Assembly (NCBI RefSeq): GCF_001194135.2
Contig: NC_068981.1
Location: 107,335,878 to 107,399,877 of the forward strand
Reading direction: 5' to 3'
Length of the DNA stretch: 64,000 bases
DNA from: Octopus bimaculoides
Taxonomy: Eukaryota
Both the position numbers and the translations under genes were made by a program. Positions 1 to 13,539 of the stretch are shown one piece after another (position 1 is the first letter of the stretch; each line of letters begins with the position of its first letter). A model generated the notes under the pieces. It was given only the letters and a program-made list of their open reading frames with translations. It was not told the DNA's origin and made no database searches.

Positions 1-168
1 TATATATATATATATATACACACACACATATATATATATATATAAAGAGGGAGAGAGAGAGGAGAGAGACAGAGAGAGAGAGACACAGAGAGAGAGACAG
101 AGAGAGAGAGAGACAGAGAGAGAGAGAGACAGAGAGAGAGACAGAGAGAGAGAGACAGAGAGAGAGTG
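1..168. repeat. Compound microsatellite (TA)n(CA)n(GA)n with periodic GAC interruptions
   Basis: Directly visible. Confidence 0.95.
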
Positions 169-232
169 AGATGAAATGCATCTTTCAACATGTTGTTGAT
201 TGAACAAGTTTAAATAGAAATAAAATACTTAC

Positions 233-307
233 AGGAATTTTCAAATTCGGATGAAACACCACATAACCATTTCGATTAATAGCAAAAGCGTATCCAAGAG
301 GGCCAAG
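233..307 (-). CDS. CACNA2D: alpha2delta exon (75 nt, phase 0-0): LGPLGYAFAINRNGYVVFHPNLKIP
   Basis: Acceptor gttttcag, donor gtaagt; conserved GY.FAI..NG.V.FHP Cache motif. Confidence 0.95.
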
Positions 308-1831
308 CTGAAAACAGTAAGCAATACATATTTTCCCTGAATCATTTCGATAGTTTTCAATATAAAATTCATTTGTGTGATCGTTTACATTAGTTTGAAG
401 GAAAGAATACACTTTATCAGACAAAGAATTTCAACATGTCATAGGAAAATAAAATGTTCTGCAGAATACTAATGACTGAAGAATTTGTTACCATCATCAT
501 CATCATACATTATACATTGCTGTATCTGAATTACTTTTATACATTATGCTAATAATTTATTCCTTGACCTTGCTGATTTACAAAGTCAGAGAAATGGAGA
601 ATATTGAATAAAATGTATTTTGTCCTCATTTTCTATGCATTGTTAGATGATTGTCATCACATTGGTTATACTTACAAATCGCACAATATTTTAAAAAATT
701 ATAGTCTAAATAATAACATGATAGTAATTATAGAACATTTATTAAGAACAACATAATAACCAGTAAAAGAATTTTATCTAAATACTGTTCCATTGCACAA
801 GTTATAAGGAGTATATATCAGCTCTGAAAAATAACATTATACTAAATTGAAGGAAAGGAAGGTTTGCTTTTCCATTCATTTTGAAGATAGAAATCGAAGT
901 AGGACTATGTAATGAGTTTCATACTTCATGAAACTTGATGTAGAGGGAAGATTAGAATCTTTGGTTTCCCACCTGGGTAATTTTGAATAAAACTAATTCT
1001 AAGTGATATTATTTGTATCGTGTAAGACACTATGAGCATCTATTGGCTAATGTTCCAATATCATTGGCTGTTACAGATGATAGAATTGGAAAAAGCTCTC
1101 AGTTCACTCTGTGGTGTGGTTGGTGTTAAGAAGGGCAACCAGCTGTAAAAACCATGCCAAAACAGGCACAGAAGCTTGGTGTAGTCTTCTACTTGGTTGG
1201 CTGCTATCAAACCATCCAGCTCATGCCAGCATGGAAGGTGGATATTAAGTGATGATAATGATGATGATGTCATGCTATCAATGGGGAGGGAATATAAGTT
1301 TCAAGAGATACATGAAAATATTAGTCCTTGAGACTAATATTGATTTCAAATTTTGGCATAAGGCCAGCAATTTCGGGGGAGGGGATAAGTCAATTACATC
1401 AACTCCAGTGTTCCAGTTTATTGACCTAGAAGGGATGAAAGGCAAAGTCAACCCTGTCAGTATTTGAGCTGAGTGTAAAGTTGGAAGAAATGCCACTAAG
1501 CATTTTTCTTGATGCTGTAACATTTCTGCCAACTTGCCATATAACCTTGAGACTAATATTAAATTTTTTTTGTTTTTTAATATTAATCCCTGAGACTAAT
1601 ATTAAAAATATTCCTTTTCTTTACAACACACGTAAATGTTTAATATGATTTGAAGCACTTTGCTTTTAATACTAAAATCCTGTAACTGAAAGATATGTAA
1701 CATTGCAAGATTTTCTGTTGATTAAAGAAATGTTGAAATTTTTTTAAAATGATATTAATCCAGTTCCTCAAAGTTTTTAAAAGTTTCAAATGTACTCAAG
1801 AAGAAATTAATGTCATGAAATGAGGACATAC

Positions 1832-1909
1832 TTTATGTCTTTCAATTTTCTTTAACATATCATCTGTTGTTATATCAACGCCCATCACTCCAAGAATTGT
1901 TTGATTGTT
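1832..1909 (-). CDS. CACNA2D: alpha2delta exon (78 nt, phase 0-0): NNQTILGVMGVDITTDDMLKKIERHK
   Basis: Acceptor tactttcag, donor gtatgt; conserved LGVMGVD motif. Confidence 0.93.
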
Positions 1910-2836
1910 CTGAAAGTATATCAAGATATAACAAATCAAATGTCATTTTTGTAAAGACAAGAATATTTTACATTAAATATTTCATAGTAATGAATGGAAA
2001 GTAAGAAAAATAGCAAGTTGTACATTATTCAGTTATTGGGTCAAATGTTGTATTAAATTTTTTCAACAAGACAAATTTTGACATGAATATTTTCTAAAAC
2101 AATTATTTAAATTATTAATGCTAAAATTTACATTTGTATTTTCTCTTCAGGATTCATATCATGCATAAAAATATATTCAAGCTACAAAAGTAATCTCATA
2201 ATATAACTATCTATAAATATATATTAATCAAAACTATAATTTCCAGATTTAGTTTTAGCAATCATATCACGTAGTTACTATTTCAATGACTGAAGATATA
2301 GTACTTCTTTTTAGATAATTTCATATGTAAGTTTTGCATAGAGATGATTTGTTTCTTTTTTCTTTCACTGTGTTTATATTTTTGTGTTAATATTGTCTGA
2401 GGAAAAGATAGGTTTGTGTGGTTAAGAAGTTTGCTTCACAACTGCATAGTTTTAGGTTTACTCCTACTGCATGGCACCTTGGACAAATATCCTCAACTAT
2501 AACCCTAAGTTTTCCAACCCTTGAGTAGCTTTGGTGGATGGTGACTGAAAGAAGCCCAATGATGTGTGTGTGTGTATATACACATACACACACACACTTT
2601 TTTTGTAGGTTAAGAAAGCTACCATTGGTTTCATGCTAAGAATTCTCAGTAATTATCAAGCCTGCCAAATAAGTATATCGATCAGGGGAAACGACTCCCA
2701 ATTGTTATCTCTCTTGAATTAGTTCTAGCCACATTCAGATTTCTAAATATAACTATGAATATGGATACACACATATGCACGTGTGCACCCATGCAGAATA
2801 TCCATGCATAATGTGCACACACTCACACCTGCATTA

Positions 2837-3280
2837 TGTCAGAACATATGTTACAATTATGTGCTTTAACTACAGCATTAGGGCTTTTAGCTCTTATTTC
2901 TAGCAATGTAGGTGTTCTAACACCCTAGTCATATTTGGTAACAATTATAACTTTCCTTTTTGGTAGCACATTGCACACAGTTGTCTATATTAATTTTTTG
3001 TATACACATTAGCGATTCACTAAATCATCCAGAGATTTTTACGGTGAATACATATGTATTGACAGAGAATTAAATCTGGAATCAGCCAAATTGAGTGGTT
3101 CCTACTGATGAGGCTAAAACTGCCCAATCAGTATAGGGAATCCTTAACCAGTGTTTTCAGGCCATTACAGTCCCTGTCAGAACACATGTATGTGCTTTAA
3201 CGACAACATTAGAGCTTTTAGCTCTTATTTCTAGCAACGTATGTGTTCTAACACCCTAGTCATATTTAGTGACAATTATA
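2837..3280. repeat. Direct repeat of ~105-113 bp (2837-2949 and 3175-3280)
   Basis: tgtcagaaca...tatgtgctttaac.aca.catta..gctttagctcttatttctagcaa.gta.gtgttctaacaccctagtcatattt.gt.acaattata occurs twice. Confidence 0.85.
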
Positions 3281-3282
3281 TA

Positions 3283-4147
3283 TACATGAGATCTGATCAA
3301 TAAGTATCCAGACTGTTGCCATAGTAACAAAGCTAAAGCTGCTTAGCAAAGATTGACCTTAAACTCTGCTGAGCATGCGCACTAAGTTCTAATGTTCTAG
3401 CTCATTTCTATTCTTTACAGCAGTGCTTGGAATGAATGTGTGTAGTGTGTGATCATTGTATTGACCAGGACAGAGAAACTTGTCATGTTGATACCTGCTC
3501 AGAGGCCTGCGCAAAGTTGCAGAAAGTGTATGGAGAGGAGCCACACACAAGTGTATGAGTGGTTCAGACGTTTCCAAGTTGGTCAAAAAATGTTGATACT
3601 GATGAACCTTCTGAGAGGCCCGCAACCAGCAGAACTGAGAAAAACATCACAGATGTGCATGCAGCTGTGAGGGGAAATAATCAAATCACTATGTGTGAGT
3701 TATCAGAGGATGTGTAGATTAGCTATGGTTCAGTTCAGTCCATTATCACTGAAGATTTGGGTATGAGACACATGTCTGTCAAGTTTGTGTCAAAAATGCA
3801 TTCAGCTGACATGAAAGACACTTGGGTTTCAGTGGCATAAGATCTTGATTGCATCAAGAATGATGAAAACTTTTTGAAAATTTTACATAAGCCTCTGAGC
3901 AGGTATCACCAAGCTTTTGGCAAAATCTGATGCAGATTCTCTGGTCAACTTTCTGTCATGGTTAATGCAATGATGACACACTACACACCTTCCTTCTAAG
4001 CACTGCTGTAAACAGCAGAAGTGAGCAAGTACGTTAAAACTTAGTGTGCATGCATAGCAGAGTTCAAGGTCAAAGATCAATCTGTGCTATGTGCTTTAGC
4101 TTCATTATTATGGCGACAGTCTGGAAACTTATTGATCAGACCACGTG

Positions 4148-4149
<2 letters not shown>
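3283..4149 (+). mobile_element. Decayed Tc1/mariner element with TIRs
   Basis: Left end ta-catgagatctgatcaataagtatccagactgttgccata matches the reverse complement of the right end (ta-cacgtggtctgatcaataagtttccagactgtcgccata); TA at both ends. Internal frameshifted transposase N-terminus (..HTQVYEWFRRF..; EDLGMRH). Confidence 0.85.
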
Positions 4150-4181
<32 letters not shown>

Positions 4182-4632
4182 TATAGGTACAAGCATGGCT
4201 GTATGGTAAAGAAATTTATTTCCCAATCCATGGTTTTGCATTTAAACTATTTCTGAATGGATTTGTCTGACAGAAACTGAAAGAAGCTTGTTGTGTGTAT
4301 ATTTATATATCTGTGTGTGTGCGTGTGTGTATGTGTTTGTGTCTCTTGCTTTTAACATCACGCAATGTGTGTAAATAAAAACCTTTGTCATAAGGCAGTG
4401 TCCATTTCCACTTTTCCATGGAAAAAAGTCCAGTCATGAGGAAGTCCAGTCATTGTCTTACTTGGTTGATTACTTTAGATTACTTTAGTAAAGTAATCTA
4501 ATTATGAAAGTTGTATCATTTAAAATGCAATTTACTAATTACAAAAACAATGAGAATTAAACACAAGAAAATGATACCCACAAAAAAATCTGTAAATAAA
4601 TATAAAAAGAATCACTTAAAAAGGTAACTTAC

Positions 4633-4689
4633 AGCTCCTAAGGTCCGATTATATACAGGCAGTGTAACAGTTGTTACCATGCCTAATCC
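4633..4689 (-). CDS. CACNA2D: alpha2delta exon (57 nt, phase 0-0): GLGMVTTVTLPVYNRTLGA
   Basis: Acceptor tttttcag, donor gtaagt; matches the LG.V.T.TLPV.N motif. Confidence 0.93.
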
Positions 4690-6866
4690 CTGAAAAATAA
4701 ACATTGAAATATTGAAGTAAAAGATAACACTAATCAAGCATGTGAAAATCATTTAAAATGAAAACAAATATTTTTTAAAATAATATTTGATTTTTTAAAA
4801 TGATGTTTAGTAATTAACTAAAATAATTTACCAAAAAATTGTGCAAGAAGTCAATTATAAAGATTAAAACTTTAAATAAAGTTTAAGTGTATTATCATTA
4901 TGTTTCAAGCTAAGTTATAGTTAATTATATTAAAGTAATAAAATATATGGGGAAATTGATAAAATAAAAAAGTGGGTAAAGCACTAGTTCTCATCATAAT
5001 ATCACAGACAAGTGGCACCAAATCTGAAAGCACTCTTAAACAAGTAAATCAGAATACTGTACAAGAGCAATTAGCCAGAGTTGCAAAGCAACTTTGTGAT
5101 AGCTAATAACATTTCAAAAGTAGGCTCTGGTATTTAAAATCTACCGGTAGCTCTCAAAAGGGCTTGATGGGAATATTTACAAATGAACTGTTAAAATGTA
5201 TTAAAAATTATTAGAAGTTAATGTCACATTCTTAAAATGTTAGGTAATTACAGTAATAAATAAAACCAATCAGTTAGTACTAGTCATTTATAAAAAGTTA
5301 ATTTTAAATTATCGATATATGATTTAATAGACAGTTTTAAAAAATGTTAAACAGAAAGATAGTGTGCATATGAGTGAAGAAGGTGGAAATAAGTATGCAT
5401 TGCACCATTAAAGTTGAATAGCAAGAAAGAAAGCATATTGTTATCATAGAAATTCATGCATGCAAAATATGATATACTGGGTCTCACAGATAGGTTCATA
5501 GAACTTAAATTTATTTTGAAAACTCTCTTGCTAGGATGGATGCCAAGAAAGACCAAATTTAAAATTTATAGATGCTAGATAACATTGAACAATTTCAAAG
5601 TAATAGCTTCTCTCCAGAAAATAACTCAACTCTAAAAAATCATTTTTATTTGTTAAAAATATTAATACAAAAACACTTAATCAATAATTAAATTTGGTTA
5701 AGAACTTGATAAATTTAGTAAAGTGGTGTATTAATATAGTTAAAACAGTCAAACTAGCAAAAGATACTGTATTTAAAAGGATGATTAGATATAATATAAA
5801 AAATTATACATGTTTAATTTTCATTAAATAAATAAATAAATAAATACAAACGTTAGTAAGAAGCATGTTCAATTTGAGATTTTAGCTTTAAAATATGAAA
5901 CACAGAGCTACCAGTTATCAGGAAAGAGCTTCTTGTCAGAAAAAACTGCACATGAAATAAAGATTTCCTTGGAGATCAGTATTGAGTCAAATTGTCTTCT
6001 CCATTTTAATTCCAAATATTGATGAGGCAACCATTGACTCTAAACTAAGAAGATTGGTGCTTTTGTTCTCTTCAAAAATACTGATCTAATGGACATAGTA
6101 TAGCAAACAATTATTTTAGAGTATTTTCATCAGGTATGTTCAACATATATTGAAAGGTTTGATAACATATTAGAAAATTTAATGGCATATTTTGCTAAAA
6201 ATTTTCATCTAGGAATTTAGGAATGCAGAATTGATACTTGTCTGGTATCTTCCACTACTTTGCATAATTTTCTGTTTTATTCAACACACATGAAACAGTT
6301 TTTGATTAGTAATTATAAGAGAAATAAAATATTATACAAATTTCCACCAAAAGAAAATCAAACAAGGAACCAGAAGGTATGACAATGTCAAAAAGTAGAG
6401 TAGAAAAATATAGAATTAATGAAGAAATCCTACAAAGAAAAAGAAAAAATGGGTAGCCATTTAATGAAGATTGAGAAACTTGGCTACGTATTAAACTAGG
6501 GAGTCAACTTGTACAAACTGTATGTACATATATAACATATACTTAAATTTTTCATATTTACTTGAAACTGGCCCTCTTTCTTTGCCATCATTTTCAAGTA
6601 TTACTTGAAGCAATAAATGATAAAAATTTTATTTGAAAAGAAAAGGTCAACCTTTAATCTTTCACTTATCTTCTGTACCACTTATTTTTTTGCACCCAAG
6701 AAGTAATCTTTATGAAAATACAAAATCAATCATAACAATAGACTTGGCTAGTAGTTTGATCTATCTCATATGATAGCAACTGTCCAACATAGCATCACAG
6801 AGTTTCTTCATCTTCATTGAGGTGTTTTATCTACCAGCTATATACACTGACATCTCTAAAATAATT

Positions 6867-7083
6867 TTAGAATGGTGGTGCCTTCTGGTAGTATAAGTAG
6901 AAGTTAGAAAGCTGTTTGTAATTCTTATCCTTAATATCTTTCAGGAAGGCTGCACAGTTCTTTGCAAAGCCCAGCACTTTCTTTTGTGTTTGAGGGTCTT
7001 GGTAACTCCACATCCATTGTGCTTTTGTTTTTAAATCTCCATCTACTACTGTTAATGTTTTACTCCAAGTGCTAACATCAAAA
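6867..7083 (-). CDS. Candidate terminal coding exon D of unassigned intronic transcript (phase 2 start, 71 aa + TAA)
   Basis: Acceptor gttattttag; open frame FDVSTWSKTLTVVDGDLKTKAQWMWSYQDPQTQKKVLGFAKNCAAFLKDIKDKNYKQLSNFYLYYQKAPPF*. The frame is closed by an in-frame TGA about 4 codons upstream of the acceptor. GC-richer than its flanks; AATAAA on minus at 6628-6633 and 6276-6281 (weak evidence in AT-rich DNA). No homologue recognised. Confidence 0.55.
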
Positions 7084-9744
7084 CTAAAATAACTTCAATC
7101 AATTTTTTTATGTAATGATAAAATATTCTCTTATTACATTATTGCTTCAATGATTTCAAATCTTTTGTAAATTATTATAATCATTTGCCACAATGACAAT
7201 ATGATACTGCTGAAGTAACAATGATGGTGACGGTTATGAAAATGCTTGGAATAACAGTTTTATTCTGTCTTTATAAGTTAGCTTAAGTGTCTACATTTTT
7301 CAAAACAATTAAAAATGCAATAGATAAACTTAAATGCAGACTTTTAGAAACACCATAATACAAAATATATCTGAAATATAATTAAATATTTCCATAAAAG
7401 TCAGATATTTAAAACAGAAATAACAACTTACAATGGCTAAAAGAGATACAAATTACAGGGTGTATATTAGTTGTATAATTATATACAATCAAACTGTAAA
7501 ATATACAGAAAGGCAAATCAGCAATCAAAATTTACTAAAAGCTGCTACATCACAGAAAACATCAAATCAACAGTTATATTACATTTATTATTTATTAAAA
7601 CTCAATAATCTCACAACATATATTTAGTTTAAAGTAGGTTGTAAAGAAAAAGAGTTAAATAATGTTACTAGAATAAAATTCCAATAAAGAGTATTTACTT
7701 TTGTTGAGGTTAGGGTTACAGCAAAAAAAAAAAAAAAAGTAACTTCCAAAAATTCATAATTTTTTAAATTAAATATCCCTTACCTTTTCATATACGTAAA
7801 AAACTATTTTGAAAAATGTTATGGAAATGTATCCTATCAATTTCTAGTACATTGGCAAACAAACAAAGAATAATAATGATAATACAAGACAGAAACAAAA
7901 GATAAAATCAGAAACCTATTTTCAGGAAAATAGTATCTCAACACCTATTTCTTGGAAAATATGTTTTATATACTTCAAAAATTATCGTTAAAAATCATTA
8001 ATTTCCATAATACTAAAGTAATTTCTGCAGGAAGGTAATATGATAGATATTATTTTCTATGTAAGGTCAAAAATATAAGCAAGCACATACATACATACAT
8101 ACACAAACTCAGCCAACAAAAAAGCCATTACACAGTTACTCGACCTGCTCGAAACAACAGCCAAATGTACCTCAAATCGAACCCTGTCATCTTAGAAAAG
8201 GAACGACACTTCCTACAATGTAGTCTGAGATGTGCAAAAAGATGGGATGATCATGAATAGAACACTTTTGATTTTTAGATGTGTTAAATCAAAGCTAATT
8301 TATGATTATGTAAACACATGTAAATAATTAAATATTACACTTAAAGGTGGTGTTCCAGCATAGCCTTGGCTGTGATGGCTAAAACATACTAAAGAACTGC
8401 TCTTACACACACACACTGACAATTATACATACAAATATGGCTATAATAACCACCAGAATCACAAGTCACACCATCCAAGTTCTGGAATGATATTACATTA
8501 GTCAATTAACCTTTATTTCTGTTTTCTTTTACATATTTTTCTCATAAACAATAAGGTTTTCTTTTATTCATTATCATTAAATTGCAAGGTAAACTTGACA
8601 TATGAATAATCTCTTCCACAAATGAGTAGAATCTGATTGTTTTTGTGATGTTATGAATAATTTCTTCATGTGCCAATGAAATCAATAATTATCTTAAACA
8701 TTTTTTTCTGTTATGCTTTTTTTTTTCTGTTATGCTTCATTCAATGTTATATATTATGAAACAATATAATAACATGAGCTATTCTAATCATGATTATTTA
8801 GTGGGAAAGATCTGAAATGGTTTTGGAAACTAATACAATATCTAATGAACATACTACAATACATACTAAAATGAATTCATTTAAATTTTAGCACCAGACA
8901 GAATCACAGCATTGTTTGTAGAATGTTTAAAAAGAAGTATTCAAATAACCATTATTTCTATTTTTTCCTAATCTTTTTTACAGAGGATATAAGAGAAGTA
9001 AATGTTCACTAAAGTCTACTAAGAGTATGAGAAGCTTATTCACAATAGCAGCAGTTAATTTAAAGTATTTCTGGTTTCTAAAATGTAAAATATACCATGG
9101 AACTGAAGTAAATTTGTTTATATAATACAGATTAAGCAGAAAAAAATCTAATTCTAAAAAGGATTACTCAAAAAGGGGACATTGAGAAGGTGATAAATAA
9201 ATAATTTTGGTAGTTAAATACAAGTTCTAAGAACAGTACAAGAAATAAAGGGAAAATTAGATGATTGTTAATTAAAGTTGTTCACCAACCAAGAGAATGC
9301 TATTTTTATAATGTGATCTATAAAAATCTGGACTGAATTTCTGTCAAAAGTGAATGTAATGTTCTAGACGAGAAATTAGGTATATTTGGGATTATAGTCA
9401 GTCATTAAGTGCCTACAGCTAAAGTACCTGTTATTATTCCTTAATAAAGAAAAAGTTTCTTGGTACACCTTGGTTTTAGTTTGAGATGTACATTCTTGGA
9501 TTTGTATATGTAAATGAATATATATATATTTGAAATTTATAGAAAAACAAAAGACAAGGACAGGTGTATGAATAACAAGCAAGTGTATTAGTTTGATGCT
9601 CGGGAAAAATGAAGAAGTCTTTTATTTTTCGAGCCTGCACTTTTCAACAGAATGGAATAAGAGAATATAAACAGAGAGAGAATGAAAAAAACTTGTAGAT
9701 TTTAGAAGTCCAACATGGCGAATGTGTATATATATATATAAGCT

Positions 9745-12316
9745 GATAAGAAAATATTTGCCAATGTTCTACGCCATGAGGACCAAAGATTTGAGGTATT
9801 TTGTGTTGCAAGACAGTGTGTGAGAGAGAATCGTGATGTCATAGGAGAGAAATGTGTCCACATGGATGATGGTACACTTACACTAAACGAGGCTGCAAAG
9901 AGAGAAGTTTGGAGATGCCACTATGAAAGGTTGCTCAATAAAGAGAATGAATGGGAGAAAGAGAGTCTGCCGAAGGTCGACCCAACAGAGGGACCAGCTA
10001 TCCAAGTTGACAGTACCATGGTAGATAAAGCAATTAAGAGTATGAAGACAGGGAAACGCCCCGGCCCATCAGGAATCACTGCAGAGATGCTCAAAATATC
10101 TGGCAGTGTTGGCTATAGCTTAGTCACCTGTATTGTTAATCAGGTGATACACGAAGGAGTCATGCACAATGACTGATGTAGCAGCACCATAGTCAACTGC
10201 TACAAAGGTAAAGGTGATGCTTTAGATACAAATAATTACAGAGGTATCAAGTTGTTGGATCAGGTAAGGAAAGTCACGGAGAGGGTCATAGCCCAACTAA
10301 TTGGGGAGAGAGTAAGTATAGATGAGATGCAGTTTAGGTTCATGCCAGAGAAAAGCACCACTGATGCTATATTTCCAGTAAGACAGCTGCAGGAGAAATA
10401 CCTAGCCAAAGATAAATCTCTGTACCTGGCTTTCATTGACATGGAGAAGCCTTTGAAAGGCTCCCCCGATCCCTTATCTAGTGGTCAATGAGGAAACTAG
10501 AGATAGAAGAATGGTTAGTGAGAGTTGTGCAAGCCATGTACAGAGACGCTGTGAGTAAGGTGAGGGTTGGCAATGAGTACAGTGAAGAATTTCGGGTAGA
10601 GGTAGGGGTCCACCAAGGTTCAGTCCTCAGCCCCCTCCTATTTATCATAGTCCTCCAGGCAATAGCACAGGAATTCAAGAGCTCTTCTATGCTGTTGACC
10701 TTGCTTTAATTGCTGAGTCACTATCAGAACTAGAGGAGAAGTTTCAGGTTTGGAAGCAGGGACTAGAATTGAAGGGCCTTAGAGTCAACTTAGCTAAAAC
10801 CAAAGTCCTAATAAGTAGGAAGGTAGACAAAACACAAACCCCTTCAGGTAGATGGCCCTGCTCAATCTGTAGAAAAGGCGTAGGTAGAAACTCTATAAGA
10901 TGCACCCAGTGTAAGCTATGGACACATAAGATGTGCAGCAATATCAAAGGAAGGCTAACTAGGAAGTTAGTTTTTGTATGTGGCAGATGTTCAGGAGCAA
11001 TAAACACTGAAAATGTGCAGAAAACAACTTCTGCCACATTCCAGGGAGAAAAACTACAAGTAGTTGATAGCTTCCATTATCTAGGTAACCAAGTTAGTAG
11101 TGGGGGAAGGTGCACTGAAAGTGTAGCTGCTAGAATAAGAATAGCCTGAGCAAAGTTCAGAGAACTCTTACCTCTGCTGGTAACAAAGGGCCTCTTGTTC
11201 AGAGTAAAAGGCAGACTGAATGACGCATGTGTACGAACAGCCATGCTACATGGCAGTGAAACATGGGCCGTGACTGCTGAGGACATGCGTAAGCTCGCAA
11301 AGAACGATGCCAGTATGCTCCGATGGAAGTGTAATGTCAGTGTGCATACTCGACAGTGTAAGTACCTTGAGAGAAAAGTTGGACCTAAGAAGAATCAGTT
11401 GTGGTGTGCAAGAGAGACGATTGCACTGGTATGGTCATGTGGTGAGAATGGATGAGGATAGCTGTGTGAAAAAGTGCCACACCCTAGCAGTTGAGGGAAC
11501 CTGTGGAAGAGGCAGGCCCAGGAAGACCTGGGATGAGGTGGTGAAGCACGACCTTCGAACATTAGGCCTCACTAAGGCAATGACTTATGACCGAGTTCTT
11601 TGGAAATATGCTGTGCGTGGGAAGACCTGGCAAGTCAAGTGAGACCATAATCCGAGGCCTCTGGCAAGGGTGTAGCCAGCCCACTTATGCATACCTTTCC
11701 TTCATTGGACACTAAATTCTGCTTGCAAAGCCTGTTGGGGTGAGTGAGGTCGAAATCAAACCATATTCAACGACTGGCCTCCATGCCAACCTTCCTTCAT
11801 TGGATACTAAACTTGGCTTGCAAAGACCTGTTGGGGCAAGTGAATTCGAAATCGTGTTGACACCTGTACCAGTGGAGTGCTAAGAGCACCACCTGAGCGT
11901 AATCATTGCCAGAGCAGCTATCTGGCTTCCATGCCAGTGGCACGTTAATAGCACCATTTGAGCGTTATCGTTACCAGCGTCACCTTACTGGCACTTGTGC
12001 TGGTGACACGTGAAAAACATTCAAGCAAGATCGTTGCCAGTGCCGCTGGACTGGCTCCTGTGCAGGTGGCACATAAAATACACCATTTTGAGTGTGGCTG
12101 TTGCCAGTACCGCCTGACTGGCCTTCATGCCGGTGGCACATAAAAGCTCCCACTACACTCTCGCAGTGGTTGGTATTAGGAAGGGCATCCAGCTGTAGAA
12201 ACTCTGCCAGACCAGATTGGAGCCTGGTGCAGCCGCTGCCTCTCCAGACCTCAGTCAAACCGTCCAATCCATGCCAGCATGGAAAACAGACGTTAATCGA
12301 TGATGATGATGATGAT
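9745..12316 (+). mobile_element. 5'-truncated, frameshifted RTE-clade LINE
   Basis: RT fragments (K.PGPSGITAEMLK; NYRGIKLL; STTDAIF..RQLQEKY; GVHQGSVLSPLLFIIVL; YAVD in place of YADD), a Cys-rich finger, DSF.YLG, RL.WYGHV.RM and GRGRPRKTW. The 3' UTR ends in a (GAT)n tail; the element sits next to (TA)n. Confidence 0.93.
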
Positions 12317-13478
12317 AATATACACTCATCCATATAATAGTTTATGTGGAAATTGAATTAAAATTAGAAAGTAATGGATCCATATAATTTATTCCAATTT
12401 TTTAAATTTTCAAGTAACTGGACTAACTATGTACATAATTCCTCATCTCTTAAATATTGGACTAACTATTCAATGAATTCTAGTGTGGCTGAGTACTCCA
12501 CTTACACTAACATCCTTAACATAATCCTTCAGTAGAATTTACTTGACACAGTGTGTAAAAATACTGTAAAATTACTTGTACTGTCTATCTACCAAATTTC
12601 TACAAAATATCCATCAACCTACAAGGCTTGAAAGTAAATGAAATCAGAAAGCTCTGAAAAGCAAGAAGTTTTAATTCTATCATTGAAAATATTCCTAACG
12701 GTGCTAATACTTCATATGCAATATGATATTGATGAAAACATGATTATCTGATAGGTTTGTTGAGATTTAATACTGCAAGATAGTCTAATTTGAGAATGTG
12801 CTTTCTTGCCATGTGTACAGAGAATAATTTTAAAATTTAGTGGAAGCAGGAATCTAGTTGAATAATTATCATGAGGATAAAAATGGGAGTATTCCAATGT
12901 CTGTTTATTAAGGTGAAATTTTCAAGTTAAAACTTTGTATGCTTATAAAATAGCTAAAAATCTTAATGAAACTCAACATCCTGTTGCAATTGGATTTGTT
13001 AGAGTATTTAATATTTTAGACATTAGACGACATTATTGATGCACAAGAAATATAACTTGGGAATTATTAAGGTTTTTAAATACTGTAACATCTAACTGTA
13101 AAAAAATGAATTCCCAATATAATTCCATGTGACCATATCACATTGAGCTACTAGATAGAAATGTTAAAAATTGGCAATACCATTTCTTTTTGCTGTTAAA
13201 AATTATAACAAACACACACTCATCCATCCATGCATATACACCAACATAATATTCATATATGTAGATACATGCGTATGCTTACATTACACATATATATATA
13301 AAACAACTTTACAATTATTAAAACATACTCAGAAATTGTACAACCAAAAGCAGATGAATGCCACAAAAAATATCACAAAACTAATGACTTGATCAAACAG
13401 AAAAATCTATTCTTAAATGTGTAATATACATATATATATGTATATTATTTTTGTTGGTAGTTAATTTATAATATATTG

Positions 13479-13539
<61 letters not shown>

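Noticed and set aside
3095-3165. Possible hammerhead ribozyme (ctgatgag core)
   Set aside because: No downstream GAAA core or proper three-stem pairing found by eye.
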